Numbered from the stretch's first letter, positions 1 through 9,649 are shown. The stretch is 64,000 nt of DNA from an uncultured Candidatus Saccharibacteria bacterium (GCA_964555185.1 CAZKRD010000002.1:21646-85645); one strand, 5' to 3'. Numbers and translations are program-made. Notes: generated by a model not told the origin, from the letters alone.

Positions 1-130
1 ACAATAACCCTGCCGGCAGGCAGGTTACAAACAATCACCAACGATTCAATGACCAATCACCAAACTTTTTGGTTATTGATGATTGGTGTTTGAAATTTGT
101 TTGGTGATTATATCTTGATTATTGGTTATT
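1..130. repeat. ggttattgg/ccaataacc-unit repeat (family C) upstream of rpsC
   Basis: ccctgccggcaggcagg...ccaatcaccaaactttttggttattgatgattgg. Relatives occur at 9112-9262, 38213-38331 and 61383-61474. Confidence 0.8.
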
Positions 131-232
131 TTAAACTGTTGTATTGTTTTCATTCGTTTTCACTTCACCTAAGATCACCCTCTTGTTTCATTGTCAGATT
201 ATTATGAGCAACAATGAAACAATGCAAACTAT

Positions 233-901
233 ATGGGTCAAAAAGTTTCACCAATTTCATTCAGACTGGGCACACTCCAAACTTGGAAGTCCAAGTGGCT
301 TGTCCAAGGTAAAAATTACCGCAAATTTCTAGAAGAAGATGTTCGGATGCGGACTTTTGTTTTCAATAAATTAAAGGACGCGGCTATTGCCCGGATAGAC
401 ATTGAACGCTCACCGAATATGATCAACATCATTATTTCAAGTGGCCGGCCGGGTATGATTATTGGCCGGGGAGGGACAGGGATTGAAGATTTGAAGCGAG
501 GACTGCAGAAGTTGGTGCATAATAAGCCCTTGAAGGTGAGCGTAGAAGAGGTTTCCGACCCTGGAAGCAATGCCGTGCTGGTGGCGAGAATAATCGCGGA
601 AGCGCTTGAAAAAAGAATTCCTTTTCGGCGCGTAATCAAACAATCCCTGGAACGGACTCGGGAAAACCGGGGAGTTAAGGGAGTAAAGATTATGGTCGCC
701 GGGCGCCTTAACGGAGCGTCAATGAGCCGGCGCGAATGGGTGAGCTGGGGCGCGATCCCTTTGCATACTCTAAGAGCTGATATTGATTTTGCTAAAGATA
801 TTGCCCAGACCAAATATGGTACCCTGGGGATTAAGGTTTGGATCTATAAAGGAGAGGTGTTTGGAGATGGAAAGGAAGAACAGGCAATAAAGAAATCTTA
901 A
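233..901 (+). CDS. rpsC: 30S ribosomal protein S3
   Basis: N-terminus MGQKVSPISFRLG with KH and S3-C domain layout; the 222 aa length is typical. It lies first in the conserved S3-L16-L29-S17 order. Confidence 0.95.
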   Translation: MGQKVSPISFRLGTLQTWKSKWLVQGKNYRKFLEEDVRMRTFVFNKLKDAAIARIDIERSPNMINIIISSGRPGMIIGRGGTGIEDLKRGLQKLVHNKPLKVSVEEVSDPGSNAVLVARIIAEALEKRIPFRRVIKQSLERTRENRGVKGVKIMVAGRLNGASMSRREWVSWGAIPLHTLRADIDFAKDIAQTKYGTLGIKVWIYKGEVFGDGKEEQAIKKS

Positions 902-925
902 CCTTGAATTTAACTTTGAATTTTG

Positions 926-960
926 CCTGCCTGCCGAAGCCTTGGCGCAGGCAGGAACTT
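926..960. repeat. GC-rich REP-like hairpin cctgcctgc-N12-gcaggcagg after the rpsC stop
   Basis: A 9-bp GC stem read directly. Related cctgcctgcc/ggcaggcagg modules are at 1-25, 10602-10640, 28104-28148, 36807-36826, 38226-38250 and 47012-47045. Confidence 0.75.
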
Positions 961-978
961 TAAACTTTGAACTAATTT

Positions 979-1395
979 ATGCTGATACCGAGAAAAGTAA
1001 AACACAGAAAACATCACCGGGGCGTGATGCGCGGCAAGACAAAAGGAGCAAGCACCTTGTCTTTTGGTTCTTACGGTTTAAAGGCTTTGGGGAACGTTTG
1101 GTTGACTTCGCGCCAGATTGAAGCGGCAAGGCGGGCGATGACCCGTTTTGTTCAAAGAGGGGGCAAGATTTGGATTAGGGTTTTTCCAGACAAGGCTGTG
1201 ACCAAGAAAGGAGCCGAGGTCGCTATGGGCAAAGGCAAGGGCGCGGTGGATCATTTTGTGGCGGTAGTGCTGGCGGGTCGGATCATCTTTGAAATGGACG
1301 GCATTCCCAAAAAGACAGCCCAGGAAGCAATGCGCCTGGCAGCACACAAACTTCCAATCAAAACCAGGTTTGTCAGCAAGACAGGTCGTGATTAG
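979..1395 (+). CDS. rplP: 50S ribosomal protein L16
   Basis: [15 protein letters not shown]... is the classic L16 N-terminus. It sits immediately downstream of S3. Confidence 0.95.
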   Translation: MLIPRKVKHRKHHRGVMRGKTKGASTLSFGSYGLKALGNVWLTSRQIEAARRAMTRFVQRGGKIWIRVFPDKAVTKKGAEVAMGKGKGAVDHFVAVVLAGRIIFEMDGIPKKTAQEAMRLAAHKLPIKTRFVSKTGRD

Positions 1396-1510
1396 TTCTT
1401 GCGAAGATTGTAGATTTTTTAGGACAGAAAATCATTCTTTAAATTTATAAGCGGGACTTCTGTAAAAACCTAAAGTTTTTGCGGAGTTCAAAATCTGGGG
1501 TATAAATTAA

Positions 1511-1705
1511 ATGGATATTAAGGAGTTGGGTCGTAAAAACATTTCAGAATTAAGAAGAGAGTTGGCGATCAAGCGCAATCAGCTTCGCGAAGTTAGATTT
1601 AAGTTAAAAAAAGATGAGACCAAGGATGTGCGGGAAACGCGAAAGATCCGGAGATCAATCGCCCAAATCCTTACTATTTTAAATAGGAAAAAGGGTGCAA
1701 ATTAA
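1511..1705 (+). CDS. rpmC: 50S ribosomal protein L29
   Basis: A 64-aa basic helical protein (ELRRELAIKRNQLREVRFKL) in the L16-L29-S17 position. Confidence 0.9.
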   Translation: MDIKELGRKNISELRRELAIKRNQLREVRFKLKKDETKDVRETRKIRRSIAQILTILNRKKGAN

Positions 1706-1725
1706 ATCGATCATAACTAACCCTT

Positions 1726-1983
1726 ATGAAAGCTAACCAAAAAAAAATTACTAAGCGATCGCGGGAGGGGGTTGTTGTTTCAGATAAAATGGAGAAGACT
1801 GTGGTTGTGGCTGTCAGTCGGAGCAAGGTTCACCCTAAATATTTAAAGCGGTATCGGATTACGAAGAAATTCAAGGCCCATGATCAGAAGAATGAATATA
1901 AGGTGGGCGATAAGGTTTTAATCTGTGAGTGCCGGCCTTTATCGCGCGAGAAGAGATGGCGGGTGGTCAAGAAGATAACTTAA
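1726..1983 (+). CDS. rpsQ: 30S ribosomal protein S17
   Basis: An 85-aa protein with the [16 protein letters not shown]...KYLKRY... S17 OB-fold signature, in the expected operon position. Confidence 0.93.
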   Translation: MKANQKKITKRSREGVVVSDKMEKTVVVAVSRSKVHPKYLKRYRITKKFKAHDQKNEYKVGDKVLICECRPLSREKRWRVVKKIT

Positions 1984-1986
1984 TTT

Positions 1987-2361
1987 ATGATTCAAGAACA
2001 AAGCAGATTAAAAATAGCTGATAATACGGGCGCCAAGATGATTAAATGTCTCAAGGTTTTGGGTGGGTCAAGGGTTAGATTTGCGCGGATCGGGGATGTG
2101 ATTACCGCTTCTGTTTTGGAGGCTTCTCCTCACACCCAGATTCGGGAGCACGCGGTGGTTCATGCGGTGATTGTCCGTCAGAAAAAGGAATACGGTCGAG
2201 CCGATGGCTCCTATATTCGCTTCGATGAAAACGCGGCTGTCATTTTAGAATCCCGGGAAAGTAAAAATCATTTAGGCACCCGTATCTTCGGGCCAGTGCC
2301 GCGGGAGTTGAAGGCGCGGGGTTTTAACAAGATCGTCTCGTTAGCTCCAGAGGTATTGTAA
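1987..2361 (+). CDS. rplN: 50S ribosomal protein L14
   Basis: [28 protein letters not shown] is the L14 N-terminus. The gene is 124 aa. Confidence 0.95.
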   Translation: MIQEQSRLKIADNTGAKMIKCLKVLGGSRVRFARIGDVITASVLEASPHTQIREHAVVHAVIVRQKKEYGRADGSYIRFDENAAVILESRESKNHLGTRIFGPVPRELKARGFNKIVSLAPEVL

Positions 2362-2399
2362 TTCATAATCTTGTCACTAATAATCCTTAATGAGAATCC

Positions 2400-2708
2400 A
2401 TGAAGATTAAAAAAGGCGACAATGTGCTTGTTGTTTCAGGGAAAGACAGGGGCAAAAAAGGGAAAGTAACCCATTGTTTGCATGCTGAAAACAAGGTTAT
2501 TGTAGAGGGGGTTAATCTTGTTGTTCGTCATACGCGGCCCAAGCGGCAGGGAGAGAAAGGACAGAAGGTTGAAATTGCCACTCCTCTTGATGTTTCTAAT
2601 CTGCGGTTAATTTGTCCCAAGTGCGGCAAGCCTGCGCGTGTTGGGCTTAAGGTCTTAGAGGATAAAACAAAGAAGAGGGTATGTAAGAAATGCAAACAAT
2701 TATTTTAA
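2400..2708 (+). CDS. rplX: 50S ribosomal protein L24, with an extra CxxC...CxxC zinc ribbon
   Basis: KOW motif (KIKKGDNVLVVSGKDRGKKGKV). It carries CPKCG...CKKCK in the C-terminal third, which Bacillus-type L24 lacks. Confidence 0.9.
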   Translation: MKIKKGDNVLVVSGKDRGKKGKVTHCLHAENKVIVEGVNLVVRHTRPKRQGEKGQKVEIATPLDVSNLRLICPKCGKPARVGLKVLEDKTKKRVCKKCKQLF

Positions 2709-2726
2709 AGATGAAATAATGCTTTT

Positions 2727-3266
2727 ATGACCAGATTAAAGAAAAAATATATTAAAGAAGTTATTCCTGAAATGAAGAAACGTTTTGGTTACGAGAATGA
2801 CCTGATCGTGCCTGAAATTATTAAGGTAGTGATTAATTTAGGCACTTCGCGCGCCCTGAAAGAGCCGAAGGTTTTAGAGATGATGAAAAAAAATTTGGGC
2901 GTGATTACCGGCCAAAAGCCGGTGGTAACGCGAGCCAAGAATTCTATTGCGGGATTTAAAGTAAGAGAGGGTATGGTTGTTGGACTGAAGGTGACTCTGC
3001 GCGGTCTCCGGATGTGTGAATTTTTGGATAAACTAGTGAACATTGCCTTGCCTCGGGTGCGAGATTTCCGTGGACTTGGATCCAAAACTCTAGATCAAAG
3101 CGGTAATTGCACGATCGGCATTGTTGAGTGCACGGTTTTTCCAGAGATTGACCCTAATAAAGTGGAAGTAATTCATGGCCTGGAAGTCTGTATTGTGAAT
3201 AATGCTAAAACCCACGAGGAAGGATTAACGTTGTTAAAATTATTGGGCTTTCCCTTTCAAACTTGA
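2727..3266 (+). CDS. rplE: 50S ribosomal protein L5
   Basis: A 179-aa protein with the L5 signature (NLGVITGQKPVVTRAKNSIAGFKVREGM), in the L24-L5-S14 order. Confidence 0.95.
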   Translation: MTRLKKKYIKEVIPEMKKRFGYENDLIVPEIIKVVINLGTSRALKEPKVLEMMKKNLGVITGQKPVVTRAKNSIAGFKVREGMVVGLKVTLRGLRMCEFLDKLVNIALPRVRDFRGLGSKTLDQSGNCTIGIVECTVFPEIDPNKVEVIHGLEVCIVNNAKTHEEGLTLLKLLGFPFQT

Positions 3267-3384
3267 AACTTGTAACCTATAACGTGTAACCCAAGGATTG
3301 ATTTTTTTGTAACTTGAGTTACAAGTTATAGGTTACAAGTTTCAAGTTATAGGTTACAGGTTACAAGCTATAAGTTACAAGATC
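3267..3384. repeat. GTAAC-unit palindromic intergenic repeat (family A) between rplE and rpsZ
   Basis: Built from tgtaacc/tataact heptamer-like units that form a long imperfect inverted repeat. The same family occurs at 9650-9690, 16150-16258, 18068-18092, 18494-18605, 19254-19290, 20475-20575, 21201-21292 and 22514-22575. Confidence 0.85.
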
Positions 3385-3570
3385 ATGGCGAAAAAATCTT
3401 GGATTGCCAAATCTAAAAAGAAACCGAAGTACAAAACGCGGATTGTAAGGCGGTGTTGGCGCTGTGGCCGTCGACGCGGTTATCTGCGGGATTTTGGTTT
3501 ATGTCGAATTTGTTTTCGAGAATTGGCAAGTCAAGGAGAGATCCCGGGAATCAAAAAGTCTTCTTGGTAA
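3385..3570 (+). CDS. rpsZ: 30S ribosomal protein S14 type Z (zinc-binding)
   Basis: A 61-aa protein carrying CWRCGRRRG...CRIC, a C4 zinc ribbon typical of short S14Z. Confidence 0.92.
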   Translation: MAKKSWIAKSKKKPKYKTRIVRRCWRCGRRRGYLRDFGLCRICFRELASQGEIPGIKKSSW

Positions 3571-3605
3571 ATAGAATAATTTTTAACTTTCAACTTCATT
3601 AAACT

Positions 3606-4001
3606 ATGATCAATGATCCCATCGCCGATATGCTGATTCGGATTAAGAACGGTTTAGCGGTGCAAAAAAAAGAAGTAGTTATCCCTATGTCCAAGATCAA
3701 GCTGGAGCTTACTGGGATTTTGAAAGAAGAGGGTTATATTGAGGATTACGTCTCCGAGGGCAAAGATTTTCAAGATGGAATTAGAATAATCTTAGGATCA
3801 GAGAGCGCAAGCAAGCCAAGAATCAGGGAATTAGTGCGGATTAGCAAACCAGGACGGAGGATTTATCGAGGCTACAATGAGATCGGTAGAGTCAAGGAAG
3901 GAATGGGCATCTCGATAATTTCCACGTCAGAAGGGTTGATGACTGGGGAAAAGGCGCGTGAAAAAAAGCTGGGAGGAGAGCTGATCTGCGAAGTATTTTA
4001 G
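3606..4001 (+). CDS. rpsH: 30S ribosomal protein S8
   Basis: MINDPIADMLIRIKNG is the canonical S8 start. The gene is 131 aa. Confidence 0.95.
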   Translation: MINDPIADMLIRIKNGLAVQKKEVVIPMSKIKLELTGILKEEGYIEDYVSEGKDFQDGIRIILGSESASKPRIRELVRISKPGRRIYRGYNEIGRVKEGMGISIISTSEGLMTGEKAREKKLGGELICEVF

Positions 4002-4071
4002 AAAGCACAAGGTGCGAAGTAAAATTGATATTCGCTTTACGTTTTTCGCCTTATACCCTACACTTACGTTT

Positions 4072-4635
4072 ATGTCCAGGATCGGTAAAAAACCAATAAC
4101 AATTCCGGAAGGAATAGAGGTCGGAATTAAAGATAACAAGATTACAGTCAAGGGACCAAAGGGTTCTCTGGATTTGGTTTTTGATCCTAAGATTTTAGTA
4201 GAGAAAAAAAAGGAAGAGATTCTAGTTTCTATCTTGAAGCCTGATCAGAAACAGAAAAAGCCAAGGGCTTTGTGGGGATTGACGCGAAGTTTGATTAACA
4301 ATAACGTGATCGGGGTGAGCAAAGGATTCAAAAAAGAGCTTGAGATTCAAGGGGTGGGCTATCGGGCGAGTATTCAAGATCAGAAACTCATTTTGGAGCT
4401 TGGTTTTTCTCACTCGATTGAGTACGAGATTCCAGAAGGCATTAAAGTTAAGATTGAAAAGAATATTATTTCGGTAAGCGGGATAGACAAACAGAAAGTG
4501 GGACAGGTAGCTGCGGAGATCAGATCTTTTCGCAAACCAGAACCCTACAAGGGCAAAGGCATTCGTTATCTGGGCGAACAGGTTCGTCGGAAAGTAGGCA
4601 AGAAGGCAGTGGCTGAAGAAGGGACGGGGGCATAG
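4072..4635 (+). CDS. rplF: 50S ribosomal protein L6
   Basis: MSRIGKKPITIPEGIEV... is the L6 N-terminus. The ORF-track start at 4012 adds 20 unlikely residues, so I chose the internal ATG at 4072. Confidence 0.92.
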   Translation: MSRIGKKPITIPEGIEVGIKDNKITVKGPKGSLDLVFDPKILVEKKKEEILVSILKPDQKQKKPRALWGLTRSLINNNVIGVSKGFKKELEIQGVGYRASIQDQKLILELGFSHSIEYEIPEGIKVKIEKNIISVSGIDKQKVGQVAAEIRSFRKPEPYKGKGIRYLGEQVRRKVGKKAVAEEGTGA

Positions 4636-4719
4636 AATTTTTAATTTTTAATTTTCAAACAATTTTTAATGTTTCAATTTAGAAATTAAAGAATTGAAAC
4701 ATTGTTTAGAAATTGAAAA
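4636..4719. repeat. ttgaaaattg-unit palindromic intergenic repeat (family B) between rplF and rplR
   Basis: aattttcaaacaatttttaatgtttcaatt ... aattgaaacattgtttagaaattgaaaatt is an inverted repeat. Family members occur at 5649-5818, 6240-6285, 7567-7712, 10432-10685, 29316-29397 and 46922-47078. Confidence 0.85.
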
Positions 4720-5121
4720 TTGAAAATTACTCCCATGAAAATTCAAGAAAAAAGAAGAAGATTAGCAAGACGCAAAAAGAGAGTGAGGGCGAAAGTAAGA
4801 GGGACAAAAACCATTCCCCGGCTTTCGGTTTACCGCAGTCTTTCTCATATTTATGCCCAAATCATTGACGACCGGAAAGGGGCGACTTTAGTGAGCGCCG
4901 ATGATCAAAAAATTGTTCCTCAAAAGATAAGGCAAACAGAGAAAGGAAAGGTTAAGAGATCTAAAAGAGAGGAGATCGCTTTTCGGGTAGGCGAGCTGAT
5001 TGCCCAGAAAGCAAAGAGGGAGAAAATCAAGAAGGTAGTATTTGATCGCGGGGGCAGGGTTTACCATGGCCAGGTTAAAGCCTTGGCAGAAGGCGCTCGG
5101 GAGGGTGGTTTACAATTTTAA
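4720..5121 (+). CDS. rplR: 50S ribosomal protein L18
   Basis: Basic N-terminus ([18 protein letters not shown]) and a C-terminal [22 protein letters not shown]. An alternative start at 4735 is possible. Confidence 0.9.
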   Translation: MKITPMKIQEKRRRLARRKKRVRAKVRGTKTIPRLSVYRSLSHIYAQIIDDRKGATLVSADDQKIVPQKIRQTEKGKVKRSKREEIAFRVGELIAQKAKREKIKKVVFDRGGRVYHGQVKALAEGAREGGLQF

Positions 5122-5141
5122 ATCCCAGAATTTTTAAAGAT

Positions 5142-5648
5142 ATGCACAAGAAGTTTAGTAAAAAAACCAGCAGAAGAAGACCCAAAGAGTTTGATCAGAA
5201 GCTTATTGATTTGGCGCGGGTTACGCGCGTGGTAGCCGGGGGCCGTCGTTTTCGTTTTCGGGCAACTTTAGTAATCGGCGATAAAAAGGGGAGAGTAGGG
5301 ATTGGGACGGCGAAGGGGAGCGATGTTGCTATTGCCGTGGAAAAGGCTTATGCTCAAGCTAATAAGAATTTGCAGAAGATGCAGAAGATAGTGATGGACA
5401 AGAACACGATTCCGCATCAAGTGGAGCTCAAGTTTAAAAGCGCTAGAGTTTTATTAAGACCGGCTCGTCAAGGAACAGGGATTATTGCCGGTGGTCCGGT
5501 GCGGGCCGTAGTCGAATTAGCCGGGATTAAAGATATTGTAAGCAAGATGCTCGGAAGTAATAATAAGATTAATAATGCGCAGGCTACTTTAAAAGCCCTG
5601 ATAAGCCTAGAGTCAGCCGAAGATGTTCGGGCGAGGAGAGGTAGGTAA
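5142..5648 (+). CDS. rpsE: 30S ribosomal protein S5
   Basis: dsRBD plus S5 C-domain (RVTRVVAGGRRFRFRATLVIGDKKGRVGIGTAKG). No L30 gene follows it. Confidence 0.95.
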   Translation: MHKKFSKKTSRRRPKEFDQKLIDLARVTRVVAGGRRFRFRATLVIGDKKGRVGIGTAKGSDVAIAVEKAYAQANKNLQKMQKIVMDKNTIPHQVELKFKSARVLLRPARQGTGIIAGGPVRAVVELAGIKDIVSKMLGSNNKINNAQATLKALISLESAEDVRARRGR

Positions 5649-5818
5649 TTTTCAATTTTCAAATCCCAATGTTCAATCAAATCCCAATTTTCGAATAGAT
5701 TTAATTTTCAAACAGTTTGAACATTTAGTCATTGGTTATTGAAAATTGATTGAAAATTGGTACTTGAAAATTGAAAATTGATTAGTACATTGGTACTTGA
5801 AAATTGAAAATTAAAATT
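5649..5818. repeat. family B repeat between rpsE and rplO; ~120 bp is ~90% identical to 10432-10560
   Basis: The shared string is aattttcaattttcaa...atagatttaattttcaaacagtttgaacatttagtcattggttattgaaaattga...cttgaaaattgaaaattgatt. A third copy at 46922-47078 carries a GC-rich cctgcctgcc hairpin insertion. Confidence 0.88.
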
Positions 5819-6265
5819 ATGTCCTTAAATCTCCACAATTTGGAATCACCAACAAGGAATAAAAAGAAGAAACGTTTGGGCCGCGGCAATGCTTCGGGTC
5901 ATGGTACTTATAGCGGCAGAGGAATGAAGGGCCAACGTTCTCGTTCCGGCGGCAAAAGGAAAGCAGGGGCCCGTTCACCTTTCTTGAAGCAATTGCCGAA
6001 ACTGAAAGGCTTTAAATCAAAGAAACCGAAAGCGAGTGTTGTTAATCTGGGGATGCTTAATAACAGGTTTGAAGATGGCAGTGAAGTTAATCCCAAGACA
6101 TTGTTCCAGGCGGGATTAATTGATAACATTAAGATAGAGGTAAAGATTTTAGGGCAGGGAGAGCTGAAGCTTAAGAATCTGCGGGTGTCCGGATGCAGAA
6201 TGTCTAAATCCGCCAAGGGAAAGATCAAGAAGCAAAAGGGTAAAATTTTTAAAATTAAAAATTAA
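5819..6265 (+). CDS. rplO: 50S ribosomal protein L15
   Basis: MSLNLHNLESPTRNKKKKRLGRGNASGHGTYSGRGMKGQRSRSG matches the L15 N-terminus. The track start at 5804 is a TTG inside an intergenic repeat. Confidence 0.88.
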   Translation: MSLNLHNLESPTRNKKKKRLGRGNASGHGTYSGRGMKGQRSRSGGKRKAGARSPFLKQLPKLKGFKSKKPKASVVNLGMLNNRFEDGSEVNPKTLFQAGLIDNIKIEVKILGQGELKLKNLRVSGCRMSKSAKGKIKKQKGKIFKIKN

Positions 6266-6285
6266 AAATTGAAAATTAGTAATCC

Positions 6286-7566
6286 ATGCCTTCTTTAGAT
6301 AAATTCATCCGTATCTTTAAGATTAGGGACTTGCGTAAGAAGATATTCTTTGTTTTAGCAATGCTGGTCGTTTTCCGGATCGCCGCCCATATCCCCGTGC
6401 CGGGCGTGGATCGAGAGGCTCTTTCCGAGTTTTTTTCCGGGAATCAGTTTTTTGGTCTTTTAGATATTTTTTCTGGAGGCGGACTGTCTCGGTTTTCAGT
6501 GGTGATGTTAGGTATCGGCCCCTATATTACGGCTTCGATTATCTTTCAGCTTTTAACCATGCTGATTCCGCGCCTCGAGGAACTGTCTCGCGAGGGCGAG
6601 TCGGGCCGGCGCAAGATCAACCAATGGACCCGTTACTTGACGGTGCCCTTGGCCGCGATGCAGACCTATGCGATGATTAATCTGCTTAATCGGGGAGCCC
6701 AGCCAGTGATTACAGACACCTCTTTTCTAAATCTCGCTACGATTATTTTGACCGTTGTCGGCGGGACCTTGTTTTTGATGTGGATCGGTGAGTTGATTAC
6801 CGAGAGAGGGATTGGCAACGGTGTTTCTTTGATTATTTTTTCGGGTATTATTTCGCGGATTCCAAGCGCGCTTCAGCAGACCTTTGCGGTTTTTGACGCT
6901 TCCCAGGCGATCAACCTGATTGTTTTTGTTGTGATCGCTGTTTTGGTCATTGCCGGCATTGTTTTTATTACCCAAGGCCAGCGCAATATTCCCGTGGTTT
7001 ATGCTAAAAGGGTGCGCGGGATGCGGATGTACGGCGGTACTTCCACCCACCTTCCTCTGCGGATTAACCAAGCCGGTGTAATCCCGATCATCTTCGCTCT
7101 CTCAATAATGCTTCTCCCGGGAATGGTCGCCAATTTTTTTGTTGCCTCCAGTGTTCCTTGGCTGGCTAGATTTGCTCAAGGGGTGACCAATCTTTTCCAG
7201 AACCAATTATTTTATGGCGCGATTTATTTTGTGATGGTGATTCTGTTTACTTATTTTTACACCGCTGTTACCTTTAACCCCCAGCAGATTTCCGAGAATG
7301 TCCAAAAGCAGGGTGGTTTTATCCCAGGGATTAGGCCGGGCCGGGCCACTGCCGAATATCTCTACAAAGTATTAAACAGGATTACCTTGGCCGGGGCGAT
7401 TTTTTTGGGCCTAGTTGCGATCCTGCCTTTTATTGCGCAGGCCCTAACCCGGATTCAGACTTTAACTATTGGCGGTACAGGTATTTTGATTGTGGTTAGC
7501 GTAGTTTTAGAGACGATCAAGCAGATCAAGGCCCAGGTGCAGATGAGGGAATACGACAGTTTCTAA
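6286..7566 (+). CDS. secY: preprotein translocase subunit SecY
   Basis: A 426-aa polytopic membrane protein. It has the SecY motifs (GIGPYITASIIFQLL, NGVSLIIFSGII) and lies between L15 and adk. Confidence 0.95.
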   Translation: MPSLDKFIRIFKIRDLRKKIFFVLAMLVVFRIAAHIPVPGVDREALSEFFSGNQFFGLLDIFSGGGLSRFSVVMLGIGPYITASIIFQLLTMLIPRLEELSREGESGRRKINQWTRYLTVPLAAMQTYAMINLLNRGAQPVITDTSFLNLATIILTVVGGTLFLMWIGELITERGIGNGVSLIIFSGIISRIPSALQQTFAVFDASQAINLIVFVVIAVLVIAGIVFITQGQRNIPVVYAKRVRGMRMYGGTSTHLPLRINQAGVIPIIFALSIMLLPGMVANFFVASSVPWLARFAQGVTNLFQNQLFYGAIYFVMVILFTYFYTAVTFNPQQISENVQKQGGFIPGIRPGRATAEYLYKVLNRITLAGAIFLGLVAILPFIAQALTRIQTLTIGGTGILIVVSVVLETIKQIKAQVQMREYDSF

Positions 7567-7712
7567 TTCCCAATTTCCAATGACCAATTTCCAAATAATT
7601 TCCAATATTAAAATTTCCAAACAGTTTGGAAATTGAAAATTGGTAATTGGAAATTTTGAACTTCACAGTAAAGAAAATTTTAGATTATAGATAGATATAA
7701 TAGTTTTGAACT
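7567..7712. repeat. family B-like palindromic repeat between secY and adk
   Basis: aaatttccaaacagtttggaaatt is the palindrome core, flanked by ccaatttccaa iterations. Confidence 0.8.
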
Positions 7713-8399
7713 ATGTTAAATATTATCATCATGGGTCCCCAGGGTTCGGGCAAGGGGACCCAGGCAAAGCTTTTAGCTTCAAAATATGATCTGGAGCATG
7801 TTGAACCTGGGAAGATGCTGCGGGCTTTTGCCAAAGGAAAGGATGCTAAAGCCAGAAAAATAAACAACTACTTATTGCAAGGGAAATTAGTGCCGAGCGA
7901 TTTTCTGTTTTTTGAAATTTTTAAACCAAAACTTGCCAAATTAGATGATCAGAGGGGCTTGATTTTTGACGGCGCCCCGCGGGAATTAAAACAGGCTGAA
8001 TATTTAGAGGAGATGATGGATTCTTTGAACCGCGAGATTAGTTATGTTTTTTATGTCAAAATTTCCCCTGAAGAAACCCATAAGCGCTTGGGTAAGAGAC
8101 TGACCTGTCAGGATTGCGGCCGGTCTCTGATTTTGGGCACGGATGCCAAAAGTAAAAAAGACAAGTGTCCCCATTGTGGAGGCGCTTTGTATCAGAGAAA
8201 AGATGATACAAAAACAGGGATCAAGAAGAGATTAGAGGTGTTTTCTAAAGAGACTATTCCCGTGATTCGGTATTTCCAAAAGAAATATAGAGTGATTGAG
8301 ATTGCGGGAGAGCAGAGTATTCAAGCGGTGCACAAAGAGATTGTTAAGCATATTAAACAAGATTTTGATGGTTATTCTAAAGAGCCCGGAGGAGATTAG
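7713..8399 (+). CDS. adk: adenylate kinase (zinc-lid type)
   Basis: P-loop GPQGSGKGTQA plus a LID with CQDCGRS...CPHCGG, a C4 zinc site. Confidence 0.93.
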   Translation: MLNIIIMGPQGSGKGTQAKLLASKYDLEHVEPGKMLRAFAKGKDAKARKINNYLLQGKLVPSDFLFFEIFKPKLAKLDDQRGLIFDGAPRELKQAEYLEEMMDSLNREISYVFYVKISPEETHKRLGKRLTCQDCGRSLILGTDAKSKKDKCPHCGGALYQRKDDTKTGIKKRLEVFSKETIPVIRYFQKKYRVIEIAGEQSIQAVHKEIVKHIKQDFDGYSKEPGGD

Positions 8400-9111
8400 G
8401 ACGATGCGGCAGGGAGGAAAGATCCTTGCCCAGATTCTAAAAAGAGTGAGCCGGGCAACAAAACCAGGAGCTCGGGCAGGTGATTTGAATGATTTGGCTG
8501 AAGCCTTGATTAGAAAAAACAAAACTCAAGCCTCATTTAAAGATTACCAGGGATTTCCGGCTTCTCTTTGTGTTTCAATAAATAACGAGGTTGTTCATGG
8601 CGTACCCAACGGCAAGGTGATTAAAGCCGGGAATGTGGTTGGTTTGGATCTAGGAATTAAACACAAGAATTTGTACACAGATGCCGCTTTGACCGTAGTT
8701 GCGGGCAGGGGTTCGGAGAAACTCAAAAATTTTGTTTTAACCTGCAAACAAGCGTTGAATCGAGGCATTGCCCAAGTAAAACCGGGTAATCACATTGGCG
8801 ATATTTCCTGGGCAATTCAGTGTTTGGTGGAAAGACGAGGTTATTCCGTAGTGAGAGAGCTTGTTGGGCATGGGGTTGGCCACAAGGTGCACGAGGAGCC
8901 CCGGATACCTAATTACGGCAGAAAGGGAGAAGGGATTGTTTTAAAGGTTGGGATGACCCTCTGTTTAGAGCCGATGATTAACATGGGAGGAGCGAAGATA
9001 ACCCTAGCTCCTGATGGCCACACTTTCCAAACCGCTGATCAGAGTTTGGCTGCTCATTTTGAACACACCGTGGCGGTGACAAAGAAAGGGTGTTTGGTTT
9101 TGACAGAATAA
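8368..9111 (+). CDS. map: type I methionine aminopeptidase
   Basis: MVILKSPEEIRTMRQGGKILAQ is the typical MAP start, and the metal-ligand region is present (FQTADQSLAAHFEHTVAVT). It overlaps adk by 32 nt in another frame. Confidence 0.9.
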   Translation: MVILKSPEEIRTMRQGGKILAQILKRVSRATKPGARAGDLNDLAEALIRKNKTQASFKDYQGFPASLCVSINNEVVHGVPNGKVIKAGNVVGLDLGIKHKNLYTDAALTVVAGRGSEKLKNFVLTCKQALNRGIAQVKPGNHIGDISWAIQCLVERRGYSVVRELVGHGVGHKVHEEPRIPNYGRKGEGIVLKVGMTLCLEPMINMGGAKITLAPDGHTFQTADQSLAAHFEHTVAVTKKGCLVLTE

Positions 9112-9262
9112 CTTTTAACAAATTTTGTTATTTGAATAACCAATCACCAAGATACAAGATACAAACAAATTTCAATAACCAATAATCAATAACCAAACGG
9201 TTTGGTTATTGGTGATTGAATGATTGGTTCTTGTTTGTAACTTGGTTATTGGTGATTTTGAG
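9112..9262. repeat. family C palindromic repeat between map and ruvX
   Basis: aataaccaataatcaataaccaaacggtttggttattggtgattgaatgattgg is the palindrome. Confidence 0.8.
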
Positions 9263-9649
9263 ATGTCTTTCCTCGCCATTGATTTCGGTGAAAAATATAT
9301 CGGCCTTGCTGTCAGCGATCCTAAAAACAGAATTGCTTTAGGTTTGGCTACATTAGAGAATAAAAGCGAAACAGAGATAGTTCATAAATTATCCTTAATT
9401 TGTCGAGAGAGACTTGTGGAAAAGATTATTATCGGTTTACCTAAGTCATTGTCCGGTGGTGATTCTGAACAGACCAAAAAGGTGCGTAAATTTGCCGAAT
9501 ATGTTAAAATAAAATTAGGTCTGCCCGTAGTTTTGGAAGACGAACGTTTGACTTCCAAGCAGGCCCAGAAATTGAAGGTAAGTGATTTAGACCAGATGAG
9601 CGCGTGTTTGATTCTGCAGACATATTTGGATAGAGCTGGTAATTTGTAA
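9263..9649 (+). CDS. ruvX: YqgF/RuvX-like Holliday junction resolvase / pre-16S rRNA nuclease
   Basis: MSFLAIDFGEKYIGLAVSD is the RuvX/YqgF N-terminal catalytic motif. The length from this start is about 128 aa; the track start at 9224 adds an improbable leader. Confidence 0.85.
   Translation: MSFLAIDFGEKYIGLAVSDPKNRIALGLATLENKSETEIVHKLSLICRERLVEKIIIGLPKSLSGGDSEQTKKVRKFAEYVKIKLGLPVVLEDERLTSKQAQKLKVSDLDQMSACLILQTYLDRAGNL

Noticed and set aside
316-7071. Antisense or overlapping ORFs inside rpsC (316-813, 437-643), rplP (1078-1347), rplE (2789-3085), secY (6727-7071) and similar.
   Set aside because: They lie fully within well-supported genes on the opposite strand or in an alternate frame, and have no start context. 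They are typical shadow ORFs.
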